Shown here piece after piece: positions 19,465-29,887 of a stretch of 64,000 bases of DNA (its first letter is position 1; each line of letters opens with the position of its first letter). Where the stretch lies: the NCBI GenBank assembly GCA_963666365.2, contig CAXXNF010000002.1, positions 2,080,001-2,144,000 of the forward strand. Reading direction: 5' to 3'. The notes below the pieces were generated by a model. That model ran no database searches and was not told the origin of the DNA. It was given only the letters and a program-made list of their open reading frames with translations. Origin of the DNA: Syntrophales bacterium. GTDB lineage: Bacteria > Desulfobacterota > Syntrophia > Syntrophales > UBA2210. A program made the position numbers and the translations under genes.

Positions 19465-19947
19465 TTATTGAAACATCGCTCTGATATAAAAGACCAGAAT
19501 CGTGCAGGTAAAGGCTACTTTCATCCCCGTGGCAATCATGATGCCCACGAACACGCCCCATCCTGCACGAAGCGCATCTTTTCCCTCCTTGTGCGAAAGA
19601 AGTTCCCCCAGAACGGCGCCCAAGAAAGCACCTATGAATACGCCGAAGGGAGGAACAAAGAAAATACCCGCCAGCATCCCCAGGGCCGCTCCCAGCACTC
19701 CCAGTTTCGATGCGCCGTATTTTCTTGCGCCGCCAACAGGAAGTACATTGTCGGCAAAGGATACAACCAGGGTGAGCACCCCCATTATCACAAGAAACTG
19801 TTCGCTGAACGGGGTCCAGTCTTTGGCGAAGGATATTACAAGAAGCGAGACGAATCCGATCACCGGTCCGGGAACTCCGGGAATAAGGCAGCCGACGATG
19901 CCGACCAGGGCAACGATAAGTCCGAGAATGCTGAGAAAAATCGTCAT
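19465..19947 (-). CDS. DUF456-family membrane protein
   Basis: IPGVPG, ARKYGAS, GAFLGAVLGEL; hydrophobic; RBS GGAGG. Confidence 0.85.
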   Translation of the reverse strand: MTIFLSILGLIVALVGIVGCLIPGVPGPVIGFVSLLVISFAKDWTPFSEQFLVIMGVLTLVVSFADNVLPVGGARKYGASKLGVLGAALGMLAGIFFVPPFGVFIGAFLGAVLGELLSHKEGKDALRAGWGVFVGIMIATGMKVAFTCTILVFYIRAMFQ

Positions 19948-20286
19948 TCATACCCCTCCATGATCCGGTTGAGACTATGGTCAGCCGAGTGCATCCTCCG
20001 GCCCGTTTACTTTTTCATACCATGTGCCTTTCACGACAGGCGACATACTATACACGATATGCTTATTTCATGCACCGAGATAATACCCTTATGATATTTT
20101 CATCGAAAGAGGGCGTGAAGATTCTCTGAGATGCATCTTCCGATCATTGTCTCCGGTAAAGAGAAAAAATCGGAACGTTCTGAAAAAAATGTTGATTTTC
20201 TCTCTCTTTTCCGGTATGTCACCTTTTCACTCGGCCGATATGCCCCTCAGGGGGCATCTTCAGTAACTCTATGAAATGCCGGGATA

Positions 20287-20315
20287 TTGACAAACAGAGC
20301 TTTTTGTATAATAAT
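20287..20315 (+). promoter_or_regulatory. Probable sigma70 promoter of rplU-rpmA
   Basis: TTGACA at 20287 followed by TATAATAAT at 20307-20315 (spacer 14 or 17 depending on the -10 chosen). Confidence 0.5.
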
Positions 20316-20347
20316 CACGTAACTTCATATGTAAAAGGTAATATATC

Positions 20348-20659
20348 ATGTACGCTGTCATAAAAACCGGTGGGAAGCAGTATAGAGTTTCCGTGGGGGA
20401 TGTGCTTGCATTCGAAAAAATCGAGGGCCAAAGCGGTGATACGGTTTCCTTCGACAATGTTTTGATGGTCGCCGACGATGCGGATGTCAAGGTGGGAACC
20501 CCCATTGTCGACGGAGCGAAAGTCAACGCAAAGATCGTTGCCCAGACAAAGGGACCCAAGATTACCGTTTTCAAGATGAAACGACGCAAGGGATACCGAA
20601 AGAAGACGGGGCATCGGCAGAAACTGACCAGTCTGAAAATAACGGAAATCGTCCTATAG
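20348..20659 (+). CDS. rplU: 50S ribosomal protein L21
   Basis: [12 protein letters not shown]...GHRQ. Confidence 0.98.
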   Translation: MYAVIKTGGKQYRVSVGDVLAFEKIEGQSGDTVSFDNVLMVADDADVKVGTPIVDGAKVNAKIVAQTKGPKITVFKMKRRKGYRKKTGHRQKLTSLKITEIVL

Positions 20660-20674
20660 GGGAGGAGTAGAGAA

Positions 20675-20929
20675 ATGGCTCATAAAAAAGGCCAAGGAAG
20701 CAGCAGAAACGGCCGCGACAGCAACGCCCAGAGGCGGGGCGTCAAGGTATACGGCGGGCAGCAGATAACCGCCGGCGCCATCATAATCCGCCAGCTCGGC
20801 ACGAGGATACATCCCGGCCTCAATGTGGGCATGGGGAAAGACTTTACCATTTATTCGAAAATCGACGGCGTGGTCAAATTTGAAAGAAAGGACAAAACCC
20901 GCAAAAAGGTAAGCGTCTATGCAAGCTGA
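20675..20929 (+). CDS. rpmA: 50S ribosomal protein L27
   Basis: [16 protein letters not shown]. Confidence 0.98.
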   Translation: MAHKKGQGSSRNGRDSNAQRRGVKVYGGQQITAGAIIIRQLGTRIHPGLNVGMGKDFTIYSKIDGVVKFERKDKTRKKVSVYAS

Positions 20930-20983
20930 GCGGGGAAGCCGAGCGCGGAGGGCATAAACCTGCCTCTTTACATTTGGGAATTT

Positions 20984-21024
20984 AAAAGGTGTTAGTAATA
21001 AGGTCAATGCTAACACCTTTTTTT
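20984..21024 (+). terminator. Intrinsic terminator-like hairpin after rpmA
   Basis: AAAAGGTGTTAG...CTAACACCTTTT followed by more Ts. Confidence 0.6.
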
Positions 21025-21101
21025 CATTCAATGCCTTACCCCTCGGCAAGTGAAGCGACGGGATTCTGAGCAATTGAAGCACGCCAACCGGGGATGACTA
21101 C

Positions 21102-22145
21102 ATGAAGTTCGTCGATGAGGCAAAAATATACGTTAAGGCCGGAGATGGCGGCCGGGGCTGTGTCAGTTTTCGAAGGGAAAAGTTCATACCCCGGGGCGGT
21201 CCGAACGGAGGAAACGGCGGAAAAGGCGGCGATGTGATTATTCGCGCCTCCGCCGGTCACCACACATTGCTTGACCTGAAGTTCAACCAGCACCACAAGG
21301 CCGAACGGGGCAGACATGGCGAAGGGAGTGATAGAACGGGAAGGAGCGGAGATAACCTGGACATTCTCGTTCCGCGTGGCACCATTGTCAAAGACGCCGA
21401 AACCGGTGAAATCCTGGGCGACCTTACGGAAGAAGGACAGTGGGTTGTTGCGGCGAAGGGAGGAATCGGCGGCAAGGGCAACGCCCACTTTAAAAGTGCC
21501 ACACACCAGGCGCCCCGGTTCGCCCAGGACGGCATTCCCGGAGAGGAACGATGGCTCCAGTTGGAGTTGAAACTCCTTGCCGATGTGGGAATCATCGGAT
21601 TCCCCAACGTGGGAAAATCGACACTGATATCCCGCATATCAGCAGCAAAACCACGAATCGCCGATTACCCCTTCACCACGCTGACGCCAAATCTTGGCGT
21701 CGTATCCTACGGCAACGAAGAAACCTTTGTCATTGCCGACATACCCGGAATGATTGAAGGGGCCCATCTCGGCACGGGCCTGGGTATTCAATTCCTCCGC
21801 CATATCGAGCGCACCTTTCTTCTGCTTCATATTATCGATATTTCGAGGGAAGGCTGCCGAAGCGCCCTGGAGGACTATGAGACCATCATAGGGGAGCTCG
21901 AGTCATTCAGCCCCGCCATGGGAGAAAAGCCTCAAATTGTGGCACTCAATAAAATCGATATTACGGAAACCAGAGCTCAGATTGAACATACCGTCGCAGA
22001 TTTCAAGGCCCGCGGAATCACCCTGTTTCCTTTTTCTGCAGTAACGGGAGAAGGCATCAAGGCGCTGCTTGATGAAATTGTAAGGCGACTCACCGAAAGA
22101 AAGGACCTACAACGACAATGGCAGGGGAACGAAGCGACATCCTGA
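21102..22145 (+). CDS. obgE: GTPase ObgE/CgtA
   Basis: FVDEAKIYVKAGDGG, GFPNVGKST, YPFTT, DIPG, NKID. Confidence 0.97.
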   Translation: MKFVDEAKIYVKAGDGGRGCVSFRREKFIPRGGPNGGNGGKGGDVIIRASAGHHTLLDLKFNQHHKAERGRHGEGSDRTGRSGDNLDILVPRGTIVKDAETGEILGDLTEEGQWVVAAKGGIGGKGNAHFKSATHQAPRFAQDGIPGEERWLQLELKLLADVGIIGFPNVGKSTLISRISAAKPRIADYPFTTLTPNLGVVSYGNEETFVIADIPGMIEGAHLGTGLGIQFLRHIERTFLLLHIIDISREGCRSALEDYETIIGELESFSPAMGEKPQIVALNKIDITETRAQIEHTVADFKARGITLFPFSAVTGEGIKALLDEIVRRLTERKDLQRQWQGNEATS

Positions 22146-23263
22146 AGAATGCCAGGAGAATTCTTGTAAAAATAGGCAGCGGCGTGCTTACCGTACCGGG
22201 AGGCATCGATCAGGGAATTATCGAACATCTTGTCGATGAAATTGCCGATCTTTCCTCCAGGGGACTTCAGTTCGTCATGGTGTCTTCCGGCGCGATTGCT
22301 TCGGGAAAAAGCAGAATCGGATTTAGCGGCAGATCACAGAGTCTTCCCCAAAAACAGGCAATGGCGGCCATCGGCCAGGGCAGCCTGATGGAAGTATATT
22401 CGAAGGCCTTCGGAAAACATGGGCTGGTCGTCGCACAGATGCTTCTTACCATGAGCGATCTCACGGATCGTCAGCGTTTTCTCAACACCCGCAATACCCT
22501 CTGCACCCTGATGGAATGGAAGGTAATCCCCATCATCAATGAAAACGACACGGTATCGGTCGATGAAATCAAGTTCGGCGACAACGACACCCTTGCCTCG
22601 ATGATGGCGAACATCATGGAAGCCAATTTGCTCGTGAATCTTACCAACACCGAAGGGCTTTATGACAGAAACCCCCGCTCGTCATCATCAAAAGCAACAC
22701 TGATCCCCCTGGTACGGGAAATCACCGATGAGATCGAAGCAGCCGCCTCATCGGAGGCCGATCCCGTCGGCATGGGCGGCATGAAAAGCAAAGTGATGGC
22801 GGCCCGCAAGGTGACCGCCTTCGGCATTCCCTGTATCATCGCACCCGGCAAAAAACCGGGTGTGCTGCATGATATTTTCGAGGGAAAAGAAACAGGAACA
22901 CTCTTTCTGCCCACAGAACAGCACATGAAGAGCAAGAAATACTGGATCGCCTTTACCCTGCGATCGCGAGGCAAGATTTATCTTGACGAAGGGGCGGTCC
23001 ATGCCATCACTGAAAAGGGGAAAAGTCTTCTCCCCTCGGGCGTCATACGGACGGAAGGCGATTTTTCAGTAGGCGATCCCGTCACCTGCGTCGACATGAA
23101 AGGAATCACCATCGCCAAGGGACTTGTCAATTACAGTGCGCCTGACGTGAACAAAATTAAGGGACTGAAGACCTCTCACATCGCGCAGGTCCTGGGGAGC
23201 AAACCCTACGACGAGATAATTCACCGGGACAACATGGCCGTGACAAAGGCGCCGCGAAAATAA
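22118..23263 (+). CDS. proB: Glutamate 5-kinase with PUA domain
   Basis: VKIGS, SSGAI, INENDTV...FGDND, GGMKSK, KSLLPSG. Confidence 0.96.
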   Translation: MAGERSDILKNARRILVKIGSGVLTVPGGIDQGIIEHLVDEIADLSSRGLQFVMVSSGAIASGKSRIGFSGRSQSLPQKQAMAAIGQGSLMEVYSKAFGKHGLVVAQMLLTMSDLTDRQRFLNTRNTLCTLMEWKVIPIINENDTVSVDEIKFGDNDTLASMMANIMEANLLVNLTNTEGLYDRNPRSSSSKATLIPLVREITDEIEAAASSEADPVGMGGMKSKVMAARKVTAFGIPCIIAPGKKPGVLHDIFEGKETGTLFLPTEQHMKSKKYWIAFTLRSRGKIYLDEGAVHAITEKGKSLLPSGVIRTEGDFSVGDPVTCVDMKGITIAKGLVNYSAPDVNKIKGLKTSHIAQVLGSKPYDEIIHRDNMAVTKAPRK

Positions 23264-23286
23264 GCGACCCGCCATATGAGACGTTT

Positions 23287-24684
23287 TTAACGTTGCCCGT
23301 TGCCGGCGCGGCACGGCTCCATTCTCAGCACAAGCAGGGTAATGTCATCCGCCGGAGGAGAGCCGGCGGCAAATTGATGAACGGCCGTCAGGGTATTATC
23401 CACAATACCTCGCACCGATTCCCCCCGGGCGTCTTCCAGGACTTTCAGAAGCGCCTCTTCAGTAAAAAAGTCCTTCTGCCTGTTCGTTGCCTCGGTCACG
23501 CCGTCGGTATACAGCACCAGGGTATCCCCTTTCGCGAGATGGAGCGTCCCTTCCCCATACTCCATGTCATCCATTGCACCCAGGGGAAGGTTGGCTGTGA
23601 CCTTGAGAAATGCAACAGAACCGTCTCCCTTCATAATGACAGGCGGATTATGACCGGCATTGATGTAGGTGATCTCTCCAGCCTGAATGTCGAGCACTCC
23701 GCAAAATGCCGTGACAAACATGGAGGCATCGTTTCCCTCGCAAAGCATGGTGTTCACCCTGGACAGAATGCGCCCCAGCGCCTCATCGGCCGACTGCATT
23801 GCAGCTTTCATAAACGACCTGGTGACCGCCATGAACAGTGCGGCGGGAACGCCCTTCCCCGACACATCGCCAATCATGAAAAAAAACCTGTTATCTCCTA
23901 CAGAATAAAAATCAAAGAGGTCGCCCCCCACTTCCCTTGCCGGTTCCAGAGTCGCATAGAGCGAAAATTCCTCCCGTACCGGGACGGGAGGGAAGGTCTT
24001 GGGAACCAGACTCATCTGAATTTCCCGGGCCACAGCGAGTTCACCCTCCATCATAAGCGCGGCCTTTTCCAGCGAGCGTTCTCTCAGCAGGTTCATCATA
24101 ATGGCGCCATAGACGGCAATCCCTATGGCGTTGGCGGCAACCATTGGAATGATGACGCTTTTGACTAGTCTGACCGCTTCGTCCTTCGGTTGACTGATCA
24201 CGAGAACGATTGCCATGTGCAGAAGTTCCACGCCGATCATCAGCAGAACAGCCCGGCCGATCCCCACAAATCTGTCCCGCTTCAACAGATATACGATGCC
24301 TCCGGCAAGACCGGCCGCCACCGTTGCAACCCCGCAGCCGACTGCGGTGAAGCCTCCCTGTAAATAGCGGTGTATACCGCCGATTATACCGGCGCCCATA
24401 CCGACCAGGGGACCGCCCAGGAGGCCGGCAACGGTCGGTCCCAGATCACGGATACTGGCAATACCGCCCAGAATGCGGAAGCCGGACAGCGTGCCGTAGA
24501 TGGAAAACAATCCGAATATCAGCACCATGAGCAGCCTGTCTTTACCGGTCATATTCTTTTCCAGCACACGCTGGAAAATCTGACTGCGGGTTAAAAAATA
24601 AGCAATAACAATGATTACCGTTACGCTGTTGATGAGTGACAAGAGGGTGGATATCAATGAATGCATGACCCTGTATTCTCCCAT
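23287..24684 (-). CDS. Membrane PP2C/SpoIIE phosphatase with an N-terminal 5TM-5TMR_LYT (LytS/YhcK) sensor domain
   Basis: IFGLFSIYGT..G...IASIRD..GLLGGP..G..GGIHRY; C-terminal VGGDLFD, IGDVSGKG, NAGH, YTDGVTE, DDIT; alternative start 24666. Confidence 0.88.
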   Translation of the reverse strand: MGEYRVMHSLISTLLSLINSVTVIIVIAYFLTRSQIFQRVLEKNMTGKDRLLMVLIFGLFSIYGTLSGFRILGGIASIRDLGPTVAGLLGGPLVGMGAGIIGGIHRYLQGGFTAVGCGVATVAAGLAGGIVYLLKRDRFVGIGRAVLLMIGVELLHMAIVLVISQPKDEAVRLVKSVIIPMVAANAIGIAVYGAIMMNLLRERSLEKAALMMEGELAVAREIQMSLVPKTFPPVPVREEFSLYATLEPAREVGGDLFDFYSVGDNRFFFMIGDVSGKGVPAALFMAVTRSFMKAAMQSADEALGRILSRVNTMLCEGNDASMFVTAFCGVLDIQAGEITYINAGHNPPVIMKGDGSVAFLKVTANLPLGAMDDMEYGEGTLHLAKGDTLVLYTDGVTEATNRQKDFFTEEALLKVLEDARGESVRGIVDNTLTAVHQFAAGSPPADDITLLVLRMEPCRAGNGQR

Positions 24685-24798
24685 AGTATCATCAGGTTAA
24701 TAACGCACACTACTGAATTCCCCCATAGTCGCCGATCTTGGCTTAAAGGGCGCCTCGCGGTGATCCATGCTACTCACAACGTCGGTCAGAGCAGCGCA

Positions 24799-25869
24799 CT
24801 ACACCCCTTCTTTGCAGATAGCCTCGATGACCGCAAGGAAGCGGTCCATTTCCTCATCGGTACCGATGCTTACCCGCAGAAAATTGTCGATTTTGGGCTT
24901 ATTAAAATAGCGTACGAGAATCCCCTGATCCCGTAATCGCTGGAACAACGAGCGTCCTGCATATGTTCCATGGCTGATAAAGATGAAATTGGCCTCGGAA
25001 GGAATGACGTTGAACCCCATTGTTTCCAGCCCTGCCGACACACGGGCGCGGGTCTTCATGATTTTGGCTCTGGTTTCCTGAAAATACTGATCGTCTTCAA
25101 TGGCGACGCGGGCGCCGATCTGCGCCAGACGACCCACGGTATAGGAATTGATCGAGTCCTTGACCCGGGTGATGCCTTCGATCAGTTCTTCGCTGCCTAG
25201 GGCGAACCCTACCCGCAACCCGGCAAGTGAATAGGACTTGGACAGTGTCCGGATCACCAGCACATTGGAATAGCGCGGAATCAGGCCGACAGCGGACCGG
25301 CCGCCGAAGTCAATGTAGGCCTCATCAAGAATGACGGCGTTGTTCGCATTGCAGCGAAGAATCTGCTCGACAGCATCCAACGACATGCCCTTACCGGTAG
25401 GCGCGTTAGGATTGGCGATAAGTATTCCTCCGTTTTCATTGAAGTATTCCTCAACCGGCACATTGAATTCCTTGTCCACAGGAATCAACCGATAGGGAAT
25501 ATGAAAAAACTCGGCATAGACCGGATAGAAGCTGTAGGTAATTTCGGCAAAAAGCACCGGGGCGCCCGTCGGTTCAAAAAAGGCCAAAAAGGAAAAGGCC
25601 AGCAGTTCGTCGGAACCGTTGCCGACAAACACATTGCCTCTTTTGAGGCCGAAGTATGCGGCAATCGCATCCCTCAGTTCATCATTGGCGGGATCCGGGT
25701 ACAGCCGCAACGAGTCGTTGGCAGCACGCCCTATGGCCTCGAGAGCTTTCGGTGATGGAGGATAAGGATTTTCATTGGTATTGAGCTTGATGTATTTCCG
25801 ATCTTTCGGCTGCTCTCCCGGCACATAAGGGGTTATGTTTTTTACCGTTTTACTCCAGTATATGCTCAT
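24799..25869 (-). CDS. hisC: Histidinol-phosphate aminotransferase
   Basis: PYVPGEQP, KLNTNENPY, NPNAPTG, DEAYIDF, TLSKSYSLAGLRVG. Confidence 0.95.
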   Translation of the reverse strand: MSIYWSKTVKNITPYVPGEQPKDRKYIKLNTNENPYPPSPKALEAIGRAANDSLRLYPDPANDELRDAIAAYFGLKRGNVFVGNGSDELLAFSFLAFFEPTGAPVLFAEITYSFYPVYAEFFHIPYRLIPVDKEFNVPVEEYFNENGGILIANPNAPTGKGMSLDAVEQILRCNANNAVILDEAYIDFGGRSAVGLIPRYSNVLVIRTLSKSYSLAGLRVGFALGSEELIEGITRVKDSINSYTVGRLAQIGARVAIEDDQYFQETRAKIMKTRARVSAGLETMGFNVIPSEANFIFISHGTYAGRSLFQRLRDQGILVRYFNKPKIDNFLRVSIGTDEEMDRFLAVIEAICKEGV

Positions 25870-25946
25870 AGACGCTCACCGGTCTGTTCACTTTCTTACA
25901 ATAAGTGGTTATGGGAAGCTTTTTACGAATCCGTCATGCCTGCACG

Positions 25947-26534
25947 CTACCAGAAAAAACGGCGGCTGACCGCATCGCCCGAGCCGACCTCAACCCCTTC
26001 CAGCAACAGCAAGTCCCGTTTCATATCCACCCCTCCACCGAAGTTGCCCAGGCGGCCGTCGGCCTTGACCACCCTGTGGCAGGGCAGTACAAGGGGAAAT
26101 GGATTTCTCGCCATTACAGTCCCCACCGCACGGGCAGCGCCGGGAGCGCCGGCTTTTTCGGCAAGACGGCCATAGGTCACGACGTTCCCACGTGGAATTT
26201 CAAAGGCCTTCCGCAACACCGTTCGCTGGAATTCATAGCAGCAGTCCCATTCAAGCACATCAAGGCCATAGTGCACTGCTTCACCCCTCAACGACGCTTC
26301 TATCTGATCTTTTATGATCTGCAGCGACGGATGCATCATTTCCTGCGCGCCGGGGTAGCGGGCAACAAGTTTTTCTGCCAGTGATCCATAGTTCATGGGT
26401 AGTTGAATTTCGATCAGAGACGGTTCATTGTCTCTGTAAACCCAGACAAGCGCCGGATCACCCAGGGGAGATGAAAGAATTGTAAAAAAAACGGGTGTTG
26501 CGGCATCGACGCAGCACGGACGGTTTTTTGTCAT
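25947..26534 (-). CDS. ogt: Methylated-DNA-protein-cysteine methyltransferase
   Basis: TYGRLA, ARAVG, NPFPLVLPCHRVV. Confidence 0.92.
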   Translation of the reverse strand: MTKNRPCCVDAATPVFFTILSSPLGDPALVWVYRDNEPSLIEIQLPMNYGSLAEKLVARYPGAQEMMHPSLQIIKDQIEASLRGEAVHYGLDVLEWDCCYEFQRTVLRKAFEIPRGNVVTYGRLAEKAGAPGAARAVGTVMARNPFPLVLPCHRVVKADGRLGNFGGGVDMKRDLLLLEGVEVGSGDAVSRRFFW

Positions 26535-26770
26535 CCCGGTGTTGCTCCTTTCTCCCGCCTGTGGCCGTGACGGGATGTCGAAGTTTTAGCATGGTATCCC
26601 CGTTAACACAACGGATATCTCCCTCAACGGCCGATCATCGCTGACACCCGGTGCGGCAGCAGGGACGATTTCCCTTTGACAGTCATTATATTTTTTTATA
26701 GGCTGAAATTCGTCAGTCACTATAAAGAAGCACATGATATTATAGGGTTCAGTGGAAATAATTGGGAGAA

Positions 26771-27445
26771 ATGAACACCGGGAAAAAACTGAAACATGCC
26801 ATCCTGGAAAGTCCCTTTACGATCATGCTTGTTTATGCGCTTTTGAATCTTTATGCAAAAACGGTGAGAGTACGCATCGAAGAAAAAGAAATCATCTCCG
26901 AACACCTCAACGCGGGCGGTCGAGTGGTGCTCTGTTGCTGGCATCAGCGATTTTTTGGTGGTTTTTATCTTCCGAGGATGCTGAAACGTCCCCTTACGAT
27001 CATGATTTCACAGAGCAGCGACGGTACCCTCGTGTCCAGCGTGGTGGAACGCATAGGGTGGATTACGGTTCGTGGATCAAGCTCCCGAGGAGGACGGGAA
27101 GCACTGCGCGAAATGGTTCGAAATATGAACCGGTATGCCATCGGCGGGCACATCGCCGACGGCCCCACCGGGCCACCCCGTGTCATCAAATCGGGGATTG
27201 TGGTTTTGGCGCGCTTGTCGAAGGCCGCCATATGCCCCACCTATGTTCATTACCGCAACCCTTGGATTTTTAACAGCTGGGACCGCTTTATGGTACCAAA
27301 GCCATTCAGCAGCGTCTGTCTACGTTTCGGCAGCCTGGTTTTCGTTCCTGAGCATGCCTCCGCTGACGACATTGAGGCAGTGCGCATCCACATTGAAAAG
27401 CAGATGTACGATGAATATGAACGACGTGAGGGCGCGCGTGCCTGA
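26771..27445 (+). CDS. DUF374 / lysophospholipid acyltransferase-family protein
   Basis: CCWHQR, ISQSSDG, VRGSSSRGG, ADGPTGP, SWDRFMVPKPF; upstream TTGACA-N17-TAGGCT at 26676-26704. Confidence 0.88.
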   Translation: MNTGKKLKHAILESPFTIMLVYALLNLYAKTVRVRIEEKEIISEHLNAGGRVVLCCWHQRFFGGFYLPRMLKRPLTIMISQSSDGTLVSSVVERIGWITVRGSSSRGGREALREMVRNMNRYAIGGHIADGPTGPPRVIKSGIVVLARLSKAAICPTYVHYRNPWIFNSWDRFMVPKPFSSVCLRFGSLVFVPEHASADDIEAVRIHIEKQMYDEYERREGARA

Positions 27446-27970
27446 TCAGCAAATTCGTTGCATGGTCTCCCGGTAGAGCCGGGCAAGTTCCTGATAGAGG
27501 CGTACACCCTCTGCGGCATAACGGATCTGTTCGTCCGACGCCTTTCTGAGAATTTTTGCGGGGTTTCCGCCTGCAATCATCGCAGCGGGCACTTTCATTC
27601 CCCGGGGAACCACCGCACCTGCAGCAACAAAGGCATCTTCCTCACAGACAACATTAAAGAGAAGTACCGCACCCATGCCGATGACGACACGCGGGGCAAT
27701 CCGCACATCATGCAGGAGTGCGGAGTGTCCTATGATCACATCCCGCTCTATTGCCACTTCCGATCCCGGACTTACATGAATGACGGCATTATCCTGGAAG
27801 CTGACCCCCTGCGCCAGTCCTATGGGACCGAAATCACCGCGCAGCACCGCTCCAGGACCGATGAAACAGCGGGCGCCTATTGCAACATCGCCTATTACAA
27901 CGGCATCGGGATGGACAAAGGCCTCGGGAGAAATCCGCGGCGTCTTTCCTTTCAATTCGTAGATCGGCAT
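27446..27970 (-). CDS. Gamma carbonic anhydrase family protein (PaaY/CaiE/YrdA-like)
   Basis: LRGD, QDNAVIH, IGHSALLH, hexapeptide repeats. Confidence 0.9.
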   Translation of the reverse strand: MPIYELKGKTPRISPEAFVHPDAVVIGDVAIGARCFIGPGAVLRGDFGPIGLAQGVSFQDNAVIHVSPGSEVAIERDVIIGHSALLHDVRIAPRVVIGMGAVLLFNVVCEEDAFVAAGAVVPRGMKVPAAMIAGGNPAKILRKASDEQIRYAAEGVRLYQELARLYRETMQRIC

Positions 27971-28008
27971 GTCACATTTCTTGAACAGGCAAGTCTTTCA
28001 ACTTCCAA

Positions 28009-28983
28009 TCAAAGATTTCTGTCAAGGATATAATCGGCTATCGACAGGAGGGCACTGCGGGATTTCGTATCGGGAAAGGTGTTGATAGCATCTTTGGCCT
28101 GACTGATGAAGCCGGCGGCCTTTTCCCGCGCATAGTCGATGCCGCCATAGGCTTTTATGAACGCGATAATCGTCTTTACATCCTCATCACCGGCGGATTT
28201 CCTGGTCACAATATCCGTAATCAGCGTCTTCTCCGACTTTGATCCCTGGCTCAGCGCCCAGATAAGGGGAAGGGTCATTTTACCCTCTTTCAGATCCATT
28301 CCGATGGTCTTCCCGAAGTTTTTTTCCACCCCCACATAATCGAGGGTATCATCGGTCACCTGAAAACTTACGCCCAGTTTCATGCCGATTTCCCCAAGCA
28401 TATCAATGGATGCCCGAGGCGCTCCCGCCAGTGCCGCGCCAAGAGCGCAGGATGCCGACATGAGAACGGCCGTCTTTTTTTCTATGATGGAAAGATATTC
28501 CGCTTCACTGATCTCCGCATCACCGCTCTTGATGAACTGGATCGCCTCTCCCTCCACCATTGTGGTCGTGGCTGAGGATACAATTCTTTGCACTGTCGGA
28601 TCACCATCTTCCGCAAGAAGCCTGAAGGACGTCGCGTAGAGGTAGTCGCCCACAAGAATACTCGCCGTATTCCCCCACACTCTGTTTGCGGCGGCCTTGC
28701 CCCGCCTGATGTTGGCGTGGTCGATCACATCGTCGTGCAGAAGTGAGGCGGTATGAATAAACTCGATGACCGCAGCCATGGAGTAGCGACGGCTTTCATG
28801 ATATCCAAAGAGATCGGCGCTGATAATCAGCAGGAGGGGGCGCAGCCTCTTTCCGCCGCTCGCAATAATATGTTTTGAGATTTCCGGAATCAGCTTGACG
28901 TAAGAGTCCTGTTCCCTTTCGAGGAACTCCTCTACCATGTCCAAATCTTTTTCATACCTGCGTACTACATCGTCCATTTGCAT
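28009..28983 (-). CDS. ispB: Polyprenyl diphosphate synthase (octaprenyl-type)
   Basis: GGKRLRP, LHDDVID..RRG, KTA, FQVTDDTLD, DLKEGK. Confidence 0.9.
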   Translation of the reverse strand: MQMDDVVRRYEKDLDMVEEFLEREQDSYVKLIPEISKHIIASGGKRLRPLLLIISADLFGYHESRRYSMAAVIEFIHTASLLHDDVIDHANIRRGKAAANRVWGNTASILVGDYLYATSFRLLAEDGDPTVQRIVSSATTTMVEGEAIQFIKSGDAEISEAEYLSIIEKKTAVLMSASCALGAALAGAPRASIDMLGEIGMKLGVSFQVTDDTLDYVGVEKNFGKTIGMDLKEGKMTLPLIWALSQGSKSEKTLITDIVTRKSAGDEDVKTIIAFIKAYGGIDYAREKAAGFISQAKDAINTFPDTKSRSALLSIADYILDRNL

Positions 28984-29056
28984 AAACACATAAACCTTAT
29001 ACCCTTAACCATCCGGACCATATAGTTCAAAGATGTAAAAAAGTCAAAGCTTTTCC

Positions 29057-29758
29057 TTATATTCGGGACGACGATTCCCCGGCGCACAAGGAATGGGAAC
29101 TAACAGGCTGGATACATTTCGGAATATCGTTTTGAGGGGAATTCACCAGCGTTGACACCTCGTATGCCTCCATTTCATTCGCCCTATAGGGTCTCAGCAG
29201 TTCGAAAAGCCTCGATTCACAGGTTTGGGCGGGATCGAGCCACTCGTCAAAAAAAGAAGGAGAAATTATGACGGGCATGCGATGGTGAATCGATGCCGTG
29301 AGCGAATTGGAAACGATGGTAATAATGGCACAGGTCATCGTGACAGCCTCCGACACTATCGATGGATCGTATATGGCGGCAAACCCGAAGGGTTTTTTAG
29401 ATTTGAGACGAATAAAGTAGGGGATTTTCGAACCTGCCCCACCTTTCCATTCATAATAACCGTCGGCAACGACAAGACAGCGTCGTTTCCTGAAGGCTTC
29501 TCGGAAACTGAGCTTGCGCGCCACCGTTTCAGCCCTTGCATTGATAATCGGCCTCACCGACTTTCCTTTGCCCGACCAGACAGGCGCCAACCCCCAGTGT
29601 AGAGTCGCCAGTTTTCTGGCATCGGTATGGAGCACCGCCGTAATCATACTTCCCGGAGCAATGTTGTAGCTTTTCCTGTTCTCGAACCCCTTTCCTTCAA
29701 CGGCACACAATTCTTCAATCTCGGCAAGATCGCTTACCATCACAAACCGACCGCACAC
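29057..29758 (-). CDS. SOS response-associated peptidase (SRAP/YedK/HMCES family)
   Basis: GTG-start MCGRF, YNIAPG, WGL, INARAET, GYYEW, IHHRMPVI. Confidence 0.92.
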   Translation of the reverse strand: MCGRFVMVSDLAEIEELCAVEGKGFENRKSYNIAPGSMITAVLHTDARKLATLHWGLAPVWSGKGKSVRPIINARAETVARKLSFREAFRKRRCLVVADGYYEWKGGAGSKIPYFIRLKSKKPFGFAAIYDPSIVSEAVTMTCAIITIVSNSLTASIHHRMPVIISPSFFDEWLDPAQTCESRLFELLRPYRANEMEAYEVSTLVNSPQNDIPKCIQPVSSHSLCAGESSSRI

Positions 29759-29858
29759 AACCTCTCTCCCCTCCATGTTAAAAATAACACATGTCTTTGA
29801 TTATAGTGATAAAGAGGCGATGAACCCTACAGGTATCGCTTCGAATTTCATTCATTAA

Positions 29859-29887
29859 TTGACTTATTGCGTCCAGTATCTTATAAG
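29859..29887 (+). promoter_or_regulatory. Probable sigma70 promoter upstream of usp and the AOR-ADH fusion
   Basis: TTGACT-N17-TATAAG, flanked by CATTCATT and AATGAATG inverted motifs. Confidence 0.5.

Noticed and set aside
19950..20280. Possible ncRNA or riboswitch upstream of rplU (hairpin ATGCCCC..GGGGCAT at 20240-20257)
   Set aside because: Only a short hairpin and no recognisable family consensus; an Rfam scan would be needed
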